Assembly: GCA_002401155.1 (NCBI GenBank)
Contig: NVSG01000001.1
Location: forward strand, 905,052-969,051
Length of the DNA stretch: 64,000 bases
Origin: Hyphomicrobiales bacterium
Lineage (GTDB): Bacteria > Pseudomonadota > Alphaproteobacteria > Rhizobiales > Rhizobiaceae
Reading direction: 5' to 3'
The translations under genes were made by a program, and so were the position numbers. A model generated the notes under the pieces. That model saw only the letters and a list, made by a program, of their open reading frames with translations, had not been told where the DNA came from and did not search any database. Shown here piece by piece: positions 56,725-64,000 of the stretch (the stretch's first letter is position 1; every line of letters begins with the position of its first letter).

Positions 56725-57813
56725 ATGGCCGCAAGTGACGCGTTTGTTCGTTTCGAAAAAGTTCAAAAAAGTTATGACGGTGAAATTCTCGTCGTAAAAG
56801 ATTTAAATCTCGATATCGCAAAGGGTGAGTTTCTCACGATGCTCGGGCCATCGGGCTCTGGAAAAACCACTTGTTTGATGATGCTGGCAGGGTTCGAACC
56901 TGCCACCAATGGCGATATTTACCTTGATGGCACCTCCATCAACCACGTACCGCCCCACAAGCGCGGCATTGGCATGGTGTTTCAAAATTACGCCCTGTTC
57001 CCTCATATGTCGGTTGCGGAAAACCTCGCTTTTCCACTGCAAGTTCGCAATATGGGCCAAGCTGAAATCAAGGAAAAAGTGCAGCGCACCCTCGATATGG
57101 TCGAGCTTGGTGCTTTTGGTGATCGTCGCCCAGCACAACTTTCTGGTGGCCAGCAACAACGCGTGGCCGTTGCCCGTGCCCTCGTTTTTGAACCCGATCT
57201 AATCTTGATGGATGAGCCGCTTGGCGCTCTCGACAAGCAATTGCGCGAGCAAATGCAATATGAAATCAAACACATCCACGAACAACTTGGCGTAACCGTT
57301 GTTTATGTGACCCACGACCAGACCGAAGCTTTGACCATGTCTGACCGGGTTGCTGTTTTCGAAGATGGCGTCATTCAGCAATTATCGACACCACAGGAGC
57401 TTTACGAAAACCCAAAAAACGCATTCGTTGCTCAGTTCATCGGCGAGAACAATAGATTGCTTGGCGTTGTCGAAAAAATCAAAGGCAATAATTGCACCGT
57501 GAAGCTCGACGATGGCACCATCATTAAGGCTGACCGGGTCAATGTAAGCAGCGTGGGCGAGCGCAGCTCTTTGTCTCTCCGCCCTGAGCGCATTGAGATT
57601 GACCCGCCAAAATCCATGGAAAATCATCTCACGGGCGTTATTCGTGAACTGATTTATCTTGGAGACCACATTCGTGTTCGCATGGATGTCGCTGGCAATG
57701 ACGAGTTCATCGTTAAAGTGCGCAACCGTGCCGACAAGCGGGATTTAAGTGAAGGCCAGAAAGTCAAAATTGGGTGGAAATCAAGCGATTGTAAAGCGCT
57801 GGATGTCCGCTAA
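56725..57813 (+). CDS. ABC transporter ATP-binding protein (PotA-like)
   Basis: Motifs [31 protein letters not shown], plus a C-terminal TOBE-like domain. Confidence 0.9.
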   Translation: MAASDAFVRFEKVQKSYDGEILVVKDLNLDIAKGEFLTMLGPSGSGKTTCLMMLAGFEPATNGDIYLDGTSINHVPPHKRGIGMVFQNYALFPHMSVAENLAFPLQVRNMGQAEIKEKVQRTLDMVELGAFGDRRPAQLSGGQQQRVAVARALVFEPDLILMDEPLGALDKQLREQMQYEIKHIHEQLGVTVVYVTHDQTEALTMSDRVAVFEDGVIQQLSTPQELYENPKNAFVAQFIGENNRLLGVVEKIKGNNCTVKLDDGTIIKADRVNVSSVGERSSLSLRPERIEIDPPKSMENHLTGVIRELIYLGDHIRVRMDVAGNDEFIVKVRNRADKRDLSEGQKVKIGWKSSDCKALDVR

Positions 57814-57914
57814 CAATTCAATTTGAATTAGTACCCCCGGCTATTGGCCGGAACCGGGTACATAATAGCCGTTTCATCCTTGATGAAACAAATTACAAAA
57901 AAAGGGAGAACATT

Positions 57915-59003
57915 ATGAAACTCACGAAACTCCTTGCATCAACCCTTGTAGGCGTTAGCCTGCTCGCTGGTGCAACAGTTGCAAACGCCGGTGAAATCAC
58001 CGTCGTATCCTGGGGTGGTGCTTACACCAAATCTCAGGTTGAAGCCTATCACAAGCCTTGGATGGCAGCGACCGGCAACGTCATCAAGTCGGAAGACTAT
58101 AATGGTGGGGTCGCCGAGATCAAAGCCCAGGTTGAAGCAGGAAATGTTAGCTGGGACATCGTCGACGTTGAACTTTCCGATGCCATTCGCGCATGCGATG
58201 AAGGCCTTCTGGAAACAATCGATGCCTCTACTTTGCCAGCCGGTGCCGATGGCACATCTGCACAAGATGATTTCATCGAAGGCACATTGCATGATTGCGC
58301 AGTAGCAAGCATTGTTTGGTCCACAATCTTTGCATATGATAAGGAAAAGTTCCCGGACGCTGGTCCAACAACCATGGCTGATTTCTTCAACGTGGCTAAA
58401 TTCCCCGGTAAACGTGGCCTACGCAAAGGCGCAAAAGTGAACCTTGAGTTCGCTCTGATCGCTGACGGCGTACTAGCCAAAGACGTTTACGAAGTGCTTG
58501 CCACACCTGAAGGCGTTGATCGCGCATTCAAAAAACTCGACACCATCAAAGGTGACGTTGTTTGGTGGGAAGCTGGCGCTCAGCCTCCACAGCTTTTGGC
58601 TGATGGCGAAGTTTCCATGACAACTGCTTATAATGGTCGTATTTTCAATGCAGTTGCTGGCGAAGGCAAAGCATTTGAAATCGTTTGGGACGGTCAAGTT
58701 TGGGATTTGGATCTTTGGGTAATTCCAAAAGGTACAAAAAACAAAGAGCTGGCAATGGAATTCCTGAAATTCTCAACAGCAACAGAACAACTTGCTGCTC
58801 AGGCTTCATACATTTCCTACGGTCCTGCTCGTAAGTCTTCGTCTTCTTTGGTTGGAAAATATCACAACAAAGACATCGACATGGGCCCTGAAATGCCTAC
58901 AAACCCGGACAATCTGAAAAACGCTGTACAAAACAACTTCAACTTCTGGGCAGATAATGCCGATCAGTTGAACGAGCGTTTCAATGCTTGGCTTGCTGGC
59001 TAA
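57915..59003 (+). CDS. ABC transporter periplasmic substrate-binding protein (PotD/PotF-like)
   Basis: The signal peptide ends VANA-GE, followed by ITVVSWGGAY. Confidence 0.85.
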   Translation: MKLTKLLASTLVGVSLLAGATVANAGEITVVSWGGAYTKSQVEAYHKPWMAATGNVIKSEDYNGGVAEIKAQVEAGNVSWDIVDVELSDAIRACDEGLLETIDASTLPAGADGTSAQDDFIEGTLHDCAVASIVWSTIFAYDKEKFPDAGPTTMADFFNVAKFPGKRGLRKGAKVNLEFALIADGVLAKDVYEVLATPEGVDRAFKKLDTIKGDVVWWEAGAQPPQLLADGEVSMTTAYNGRIFNAVAGEGKAFEIVWDGQVWDLDLWVIPKGTKNKELAMEFLKFSTATEQLAAQASYISYGPARKSSSSLVGKYHNKDIDMGPEMPTNPDNLKNAVQNNFNFWADNADQLNERFNAWLAG

Positions 59004-59019
59004 TCAGCAAAAACAATAC

Positions 59020-59054
59020 GGAGATGCGCAAATTTGCGCATCTCCATTCATTTT
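59020..59054 (+). terminator. intra-operon hairpin plus T-rich tail after the binding-protein gene
   Basis: GGAGATGCGCAA-AT-TTGCGCATCTCC, perfect 12-bp arms, then ATTCATTTT. Confidence 0.55.
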
Positions 59055-59069
59055 CGGGAACCAAACCAC

Positions 59070-60368
59070 ATGACCAGCACAACACTTGATCAAAAAGACA
59101 TAAGCGACGCATCTGCCGACGCATTGATCATGGTCGATGGCGTTCCCCTCAAACAAAAACTGGCCGAGACCACCAAAAAGCAACGCTCAAGAGCATTGCT
59201 GCTAACCGTGCCGCTGGTGCTGTTTCTAGTCATCAGTTTCGTCATACCCATTGGCCAAATGCTGTTCCGCTCGGTACACAATCCCGCCGGTTCAAACGTA
59301 TTACCCAATTTTGCAATAGCCATTCAGGATTGGGACGGTAAAGGATACCCTTCCGAAGCCATGTTTGAGCTGTTCGTCAAGGATATGCAGAACGCCCGCA
59401 AAAAACGCGAAATCGGCAAGACGGTCGGCAATCTTGCAACCCGCATGAATTACACCATTCCCGGCACAAGAAGCCTGTTCACATCCACTTCGAGAAAACT
59501 GTCCAAGGTCACCGAAGGCCCCTATAAAGAGGCGCTGTTCAAGATTGATAAAAAGTGGGAAAATAAAGTAATTTGGCGCAATCTGAAACGGGTTTCGCGC
59601 GACTATACCATAGCTTTTTATCTTGCCGCTCTCGACCATAAATTCGATGATGACGGCGATATCATTGCCGCTGACAAGCTCTACCAGATTTACGTGTCCA
59701 ACTTTTTCAAGACCTTAAAACTGTCGGCAATCATCACTTTCTTATGCCTGCTCATTGCTTTTCCGGTATCTTACCTGCTGTCGATCCTGCCGCTCAGAAC
59801 TTCCAATCTGCTGATGATTTTGGTGCTGCTGCCGTTCTGGACATCCTTGCTGGTTCGAACCACCGCGTGGATTGCGATCCTGCAAACCCAAGGCATCCTC
59901 AATAATATTCTGGTCTCTATCGGCCTCGTTTCTGATGATGGCCGCATCCAGATGATTTATAACCAGACCGGCACGATCATTGCCATGGTACACATATTGC
60001 TGCCCTTTATGATCCTGCCGTTATTTTCGGTAATGAAGACCATCCCGCCGAGCTATATGCGCGCAGCGCGTTCCATGGGCGCAACGCCGTTCACAGCTTA
60101 TCGCAGGGTTTATTTCCCGCTCACCTTGCCGGGGATTGCAGCTGGTACCTTGCTCGTATTTATCTTGGCCATTGGCTATTACATCACCCCTGCCCTCGTC
60201 GGCGGCGAAGATGGTCTGCTGATTTCCAATCTGATCGCCTACCACATCAAAAGCTCCTTGAACTGGAGCCTTGGTGCTGCACTTGGCACGATCCTGCTGG
60301 TAACCGTTCTGGTGCTCTACTGGGTCTACAACAAACTTGTCGGCATCGACAAACTAAGCTTCGGGTGA
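59070..60368 (+). CDS. ABC transporter permease (PotB-like) with an extended N-terminal region
   Basis: The C-terminal half carries a binding-protein-dependent permease domain with an EAA-type loop (MRAARSMGATPFTAYRRVYFPL). I place the start at ATG 59070. The ORF-track start at 59034 lies inside the hairpin. Confidence 0.85.
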   Translation: MTSTTLDQKDISDASADALIMVDGVPLKQKLAETTKKQRSRALLLTVPLVLFLVISFVIPIGQMLFRSVHNPAGSNVLPNFAIAIQDWDGKGYPSEAMFELFVKDMQNARKKREIGKTVGNLATRMNYTIPGTRSLFTSTSRKLSKVTEGPYKEALFKIDKKWENKVIWRNLKRVSRDYTIAFYLAALDHKFDDDGDIIAADKLYQIYVSNFFKTLKLSAIITFLCLLIAFPVSYLLSILPLRTSNLLMILVLLPFWTSLLVRTTAWIAILQTQGILNNILVSIGLVSDDGRIQMIYNQTGTIIAMVHILLPFMILPLFSVMKTIPPSYMRAARSMGATPFTAYRRVYFPLTLPGIAAGTLLVFILAIGYYITPALVGGEDGLLISNLIAYHIKSSLNWSLGAALGTILLVTVLVLYWVYNKLVGIDKLSFG

Positions 60369-60375
60369 CGGCGCA

Positions 60376-61407
60376 ATGAATTTAAAGAAACATCATATCG
60401 CTTTCATCATCGCTTGTGCGCTGGTCCTGTTGATCACCGGCCGCATATCGGTGCTGATCGGCTTCTTTGCATTGTTTGGAACGCCGCTATTCTTCATGAA
60501 AGAATTGCCACCTTTCGCCTCAACCCTTGATCGAATTTGGCAATATACCTTCCTGACGATCTGCACCTTCATATTTGTGTTCCTGATCACCCCGATCCTG
60601 ATCATCATACCATTATCGTTTAACGTGGAACCTTATTTCACCTTCACCGAAGGCATGATGTCCTTTGATCCCGCTGCATATTCGCTGCGCTGGTATCAGG
60701 ATATTTTCCACAACGGCATGACCAACCCCGATGCAGAAGGCAGTGCATGGTATAGCGACATGTGGAATAACGCCCAATGGGTGCGTGCCATGCGTAACTC
60801 GTTCTTCATCGCCTTCTTCGCAACCATTTTGGCCACGAGCCTTGGAACGCTGGCAGCCCTTGGCCTGTCACGGCCAGAGATGCCTTATCGCGGACTGATC
60901 ACAGGCCTGCTCATTTCGCCAATGATTGTGCCGCTAGTGATTACGGCAACTGGTATGTTCTTTTTCTATTCAGATATCGGCCTCGCAAAAACCTTTCCGG
61001 GCGTCATTCTAGCCCACACAACGCTGGGCATTCCCTTCGTCATCATCACAGTAACAGCAACGCTGTCAGGCTTTGACCAGTCGCTAATCCGCGCATCCCA
61101 AGGCATGGGCGCTAATGGCTGGACCACATTCAGAAAAGTCATCATGCCGCTAATCCTGCCGGGCATGATCTCCGGCGCATTATTTGCCTTCATCACTTCA
61201 ATGGATGAGGTCGTTGCGGTAATTTTCCTCGCCGATGTTGATCAACGAACCATCCCGCGCCAAATGTTCTCAGGCATTCGCGAACAAATCTCGCCAACCA
61301 TTTTGGCCGTTGCAACCATTCTAGTGGCAATCTCGATTGTGTTGCTATCGGTTTTGGAAATACTAAGACGCCGCTCAGAACGCATGCGCGGTCTGGCTCC
61401 GTCATAA
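60376..61407 (+). CDS. ABC transporter permease (PotC-like)
   Basis: EAA-type loop IRASQGMGANGWTTFRKVIMPL and about 6 TM helices. Confidence 0.85.
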   Translation: MNLKKHHIAFIIACALVLLITGRISVLIGFFALFGTPLFFMKELPPFASTLDRIWQYTFLTICTFIFVFLITPILIIIPLSFNVEPYFTFTEGMMSFDPAAYSLRWYQDIFHNGMTNPDAEGSAWYSDMWNNAQWVRAMRNSFFIAFFATILATSLGTLAALGLSRPEMPYRGLITGLLISPMIVPLVITATGMFFFYSDIGLAKTFPGVILAHTTLGIPFVIITVTATLSGFDQSLIRASQGMGANGWTTFRKVIMPLILPGMISGALFAFITSMDEVVAVIFLADVDQRTIPRQMFSGIREQISPTILAVATILVAISIVLLSVLEILRRRSERMRGLAPS

Positions 61408-61410
61408 TAA

Positions 61411-62061
61411 TTAGCTAGCTGGAAAGATCGTTTCCGCATCACCTGCATGCCATTGGGGATATTTTTTCATGATGGATTGAAAGCGTTCGCTTTCAAGAAA
61501 CTCTTCCAGCCAGCGCAACAAGTTGGGCCATGGTTGCGCATCAAACCATTCGCGATCCACATTGGCAAACTGGCGTATAAATGGCGCAAGTGTCATATCG
61601 ACAAGTGAGATACGTGTTCCAAACAAATAGGTGCGCTCACTTAGCAAAGCATCCAACTTAAGAAGAAACTCACCCGCTGCCTCACGCTCGTCATCAGAAT
61701 CCACGTCCTCATGGCGGCTCGCATATTTATAGCGATCCAGATGGTCTTTGAATGGCCCATCCCCTTCTGCGATCAGCAATTGCATCTCTGCCAGAGTACC
61801 AATTTCAGGCGCAAGCCAATTCTCAGGGTCATTGCGCTCCAGCGCCCATAATACGATATCGAGGCTTTCCTCAATCACCTGACCATTATCAATAAGAACA
61901 GGAACGGTTGCCTTGGGAGAAGCTTCCAAAAATTCAGGAGCCTTATCGCGCAGCACGATTTCACGCAACTCGCACGCCATTCCGCTGACAAGAATCGCCA
62001 ACCTTGCCCGCATGGCATAAGGACAACGGCGGAACGAATAAAGGATCGGCCTATTGGCCAT
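61411..62061 (-). CDS. glutathione S-transferase family protein
   Basis: Thioredoxin-like N-domain [18 protein letters not shown]...ATVPVLI. ATG 62061 overlaps the trhO stop by 11 nt. The ORF-track start is 62163. Confidence 0.8.
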   Translation of the reverse strand: MANRPILYSFRRCPYAMRARLAILVSGMACELREIVLRDKAPEFLEASPKATVPVLIDNGQVIEESLDIVLWALERNDPENWLAPEIGTLAEMQLLIAEGDGPFKDHLDRYKYASRHEDVDSDDEREAAGEFLLKLDALLSERTYLFGTRISLVDMTLAPFIRQFANVDREWFDAQPWPNLLRWLEEFLESERFQSIMKKYPQWHAGDAETIFPAS

Positions 62062-63031
62062 TGGATCGCAATGCGTGTTCTTCCATCGCCTGCTTTTTAC
62101 GCAATTTCTGCGCGGTTTGATCGGCAGCAATATGGGTTTCGCCGCGCGCCTTCGCCAGATCAATCTGATGCTGGCGCTCGGTAAAGCGTTTGCGTTGCTC
62201 GACGCTCATTTTATCATGGCATCGGGGGCAGGAAACACCCGGCAGATAATGCTCCGACTGCTTATCTTCATCGGTAATTGGATGACGACAGGCATGGCAC
62301 AAGTCGTACGGCCCCGGTTTCAAACCATGCCCAACGCTAACCCGCTGATCAAAAACAAAACACTCCCCTTCCCAAAGGCTTTCATCCTCGGGCACCGTCT
62401 CCAAATATTTCAAAATACCGCCATTAAGATGATAAACATCTTCAAAACCCTCGGACTTCAAAAATGAGGTGGATTTCTCACAACGGATACCGCCAGTGCA
62501 AAACATCGCGATCTTGGGCTTGTTATGCAATTGCTTTTGCGCCCTAAACCAAGCAGGAAATTCACGAAATGAAACAGTCTTCGGGTCAATCGCCCCCTTA
62601 AACGTGCCAATCGAAACCTCGTAATCATTGCGTGTATCAATCAGCACCACGTCCGGGTCTTCGATCAACGCATTCCAGTCTTCCGGTTCCACATATTCGC
62701 CAACTTCATTGGTCGGGCTAATGCCTTTAACGCCCAGCGTGACGATTTCCTTCTTCAACCGCACCTTCATGCGATAAAATGGATTTTCGCCCTCGGCCCA
62801 ACTTTCCTTATGTACAAGGTCGCTGAATCGCGGCTCTTCTCGTAAATAAGCAAGCAAATTACGAACGCCAGCCTCCGACCCGGCAATCGTGCCATTAATG
62901 CCTTCTTCAGCTAAAAGCAGCGTCCCCATCACGCCTTCTTCTAGGCATTTAGCAAGAATTAGCCCTTGCAGGTCTTTAAAATCCGGCAAAGATACAAATT
63001 TATAAAGGGCAGCAACAAGAAATTTGGACAT
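62051..63031 (-). CDS. trhO: rhodanese-domain tRNA U34 hydroxylase (UPF0176/YceA)
   Basis: [17 protein letters not shown]...[14 protein letters not shown], and a rhodanese loop [11 protein letters not shown]. The ORF-track start is 63097. Confidence 0.85.
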   Translation of the reverse strand: MSKFLVAALYKFVSLPDFKDLQGLILAKCLEEGVMGTLLLAEEGINGTIAGSEAGVRNLLAYLREEPRFSDLVHKESWAEGENPFYRMKVRLKKEIVTLGVKGISPTNEVGEYVEPEDWNALIEDPDVVLIDTRNDYEVSIGTFKGAIDPKTVSFREFPAWFRAQKQLHNKPKIAMFCTGGIRCEKSTSFLKSEGFEDVYHLNGGILKYLETVPEDESLWEGECFVFDQRVSVGHGLKPGPYDLCHACRHPITDEDKQSEHYLPGVSCPRCHDKMSVEQRKRFTERQHQIDLAKARGETHIAADQTAQKLRKKQAMEEHALRSNGQ

Positions 63032-63184
63032 AATCACTCTCGGTTTACACAGGTATAATTCAGCTGACTTCATACGCCTACCGCCCAAATTATTCAATTT
63101 CTAAAAATGTCGCATTTTTGAACTGTAAATCTTCATTAAATAGCGCATAATAGAATCAATTATTTACCGGGCTTGGAGGGTCTA

Positions 63185-64000
63185 ATGATGGGCAAAATTG
63201 AACCTGTTGAAAACGCTGAAAAGTTAGTTTCGCTGGAGGACAAGTACACAGCTACTTCCGGCAAGGTCTTCATGAATGGTACGCAGGCACTGGTTCGTCT
63301 GCCCATGGTGCAGATGCGCCGTGACAAAAAAGCAGGTCTAAACACCGGCGCTTTCATCTCCGGTTATCGCGGTTCGCCCATTGGCGGTTATGATTTCGCG
63401 CTAACAGGTGCAAAAAAATACCTCGATCCCTATGACATCGTTTTCCAACCTGGCGTGAATGAAGATTTAGCCGCCACCGCCATTTGGGGTACGCAACAGC
63501 TCTACCTTTCGCCCGGAGCGAAAAAAGACGGCATTTTGGGCCTGTGGTACGGCAAAGGCCCCGGCGTTGACCGCTCAGGCGATGTGTTCAAACACGCAAA
63601 CTCCGCCGGCACCTCGCCCCATGGCGGCGTGTTGTGCTTTGCCGGTGATGACCATCAGGCACGCTCGTCAACCGTTGCGCACCAGTCAGACCACGGTTTT
63701 ATCGCCGCTTCCATGCCCATGCTATTTCCTTCCAGCGTGCATGAATTCATCGAATTAGGCCTGTTTGGCATTGCCATGTCGCGCTATTCCGGCTGCTGGA
63801 TCGGCTATAAAGTCATCGCCGATACGATTGAAACCACCGGCGTGGTTGACCTTGCAGGCGAAGATCGTGAATTCGTCATCCCTACCGATTTCGAAATGCC
63901 CGCCGATGGCCTAAATCTGCGCTGGCCAGACGGAATTTTAGAGCAAGACGCCCGCCTTCAGGATTACAAAGTCTTTGCGGCCCTTGCCTTTGCAAGAGTA
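63185..64000 (+). CDS. indolepyruvate:ferredoxin oxidoreductase family protein, N-terminal 272 codons (continues beyond the window)
   Basis: My translation: MMGKIEPVENAEKLVSLEDKYTATSGKVFMNGTQALVRLPMVQMRRDKKAGLNTGAFISGYRGSPIGGYD...GLWYGKGPGVDRSGDVFKHAN. GGAGGG lies 6 nt upstream. It is missing from the ORF track because no stop codon lies in the window. Confidence 0.8.
   Translation, partial: MMGKIEPVENAEKLVSLEDKYTATSGKVFMNGTQALVRLPMVQMRRDKKAGLNTGAFISGYRGSPIGGYDFALTGAKKYLDPYDIVFQPGVNEDLAATAIWGTQQLYLSPGAKKDGILGLWYGKGPGVDRSGDVFKHANSAGTSPHGGVLCFAGDDHQARSSTVAHQSDHGFIAASMPMLFPSSVHEFIELGLFGIAMSRYSGCWIGYKVIADTIETTGVVDLAGEDREFVIPTDFEMPADGLNLRWPDGILEQDARLQDYKVFAALAFARV

Overview
This is a 64-kb chromosomal segment with about 60 protein genes and one tRNA-Gln(CUG). 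I saw no rRNA, CRISPR array, transposase, integrase or phage genes. Gene content suggests a (probably marine) alphaproteobacterium; this is inference, based on an RlmE with a basic N-terminus coupled to a Ppx/GppA gene, urtABCDE, and a PuuD/PuuE-type urate pathway.

Content from left to right:
- An operon of unknown function (coiled-coil protein, orphan protein, AAA+ ATPase), then tdk and a GGDEF-EAL protein.
- A CcdA / thioredoxin / cytochrome c / YeeE redox cluster.
- ppx-rlmE and tRNA-Gln.
- An Aer-like receptor split into two ORFs.
- A lone class II HMG-CoA reductase and a secreted caspase-like protease.
- urtEDCBA, with an unusually long UrtB, and a membrane nucleotidyl cyclase.
- A membrane protein built from 12-residue repeats.
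- ADH, GNAT, EamA, Ada-like regulator/Ogt, MarR-GNAT, and ArsR plus a Cys-rich permease.
- A beta-oxidation-like block with fructokinase at its left end, containing a decayed thiolase.
- An AT-rich orphan gene.
- The urate-to-ureidoglycolate pathway (puuD, uraH, puuE-uraD fusion, alc).
- ilvA, an acyl-CoA ligase and an SCP2 protein.
- A three-gene RiPP cluster.
- Ureohydrolase, creatinase and a Pot-like ABC transporter.
- GST, trhO, and the start of an indolepyruvate:ferredoxin oxidoreductase-family gene.

The strongest candidate for an unusual system is 52188..54214. It encodes a secreted 6-Cys precursor peptide, a DUF692 (MNIO) enzyme and a DUF2063 partner, which is a bufferin-type RiPP metallophore cluster. 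An attenuator-like terminator follows the precursor gene.

Other notable observations:
- A roughly 118-nt intergenic repeat family with two near-full copies and two shortened copies.
- A thiolase pseudogene.
- A low-GC orphan zinc-ribbon membrane protein.
- An Aer receptor split at a homopolymer run.
- Large N-terminal extensions on UrtB and on Ppx/GppA.

All family assignments come from reading the translations and from remembered motifs. No searches were run. Several start codons were moved inward from the longest-ORF track.
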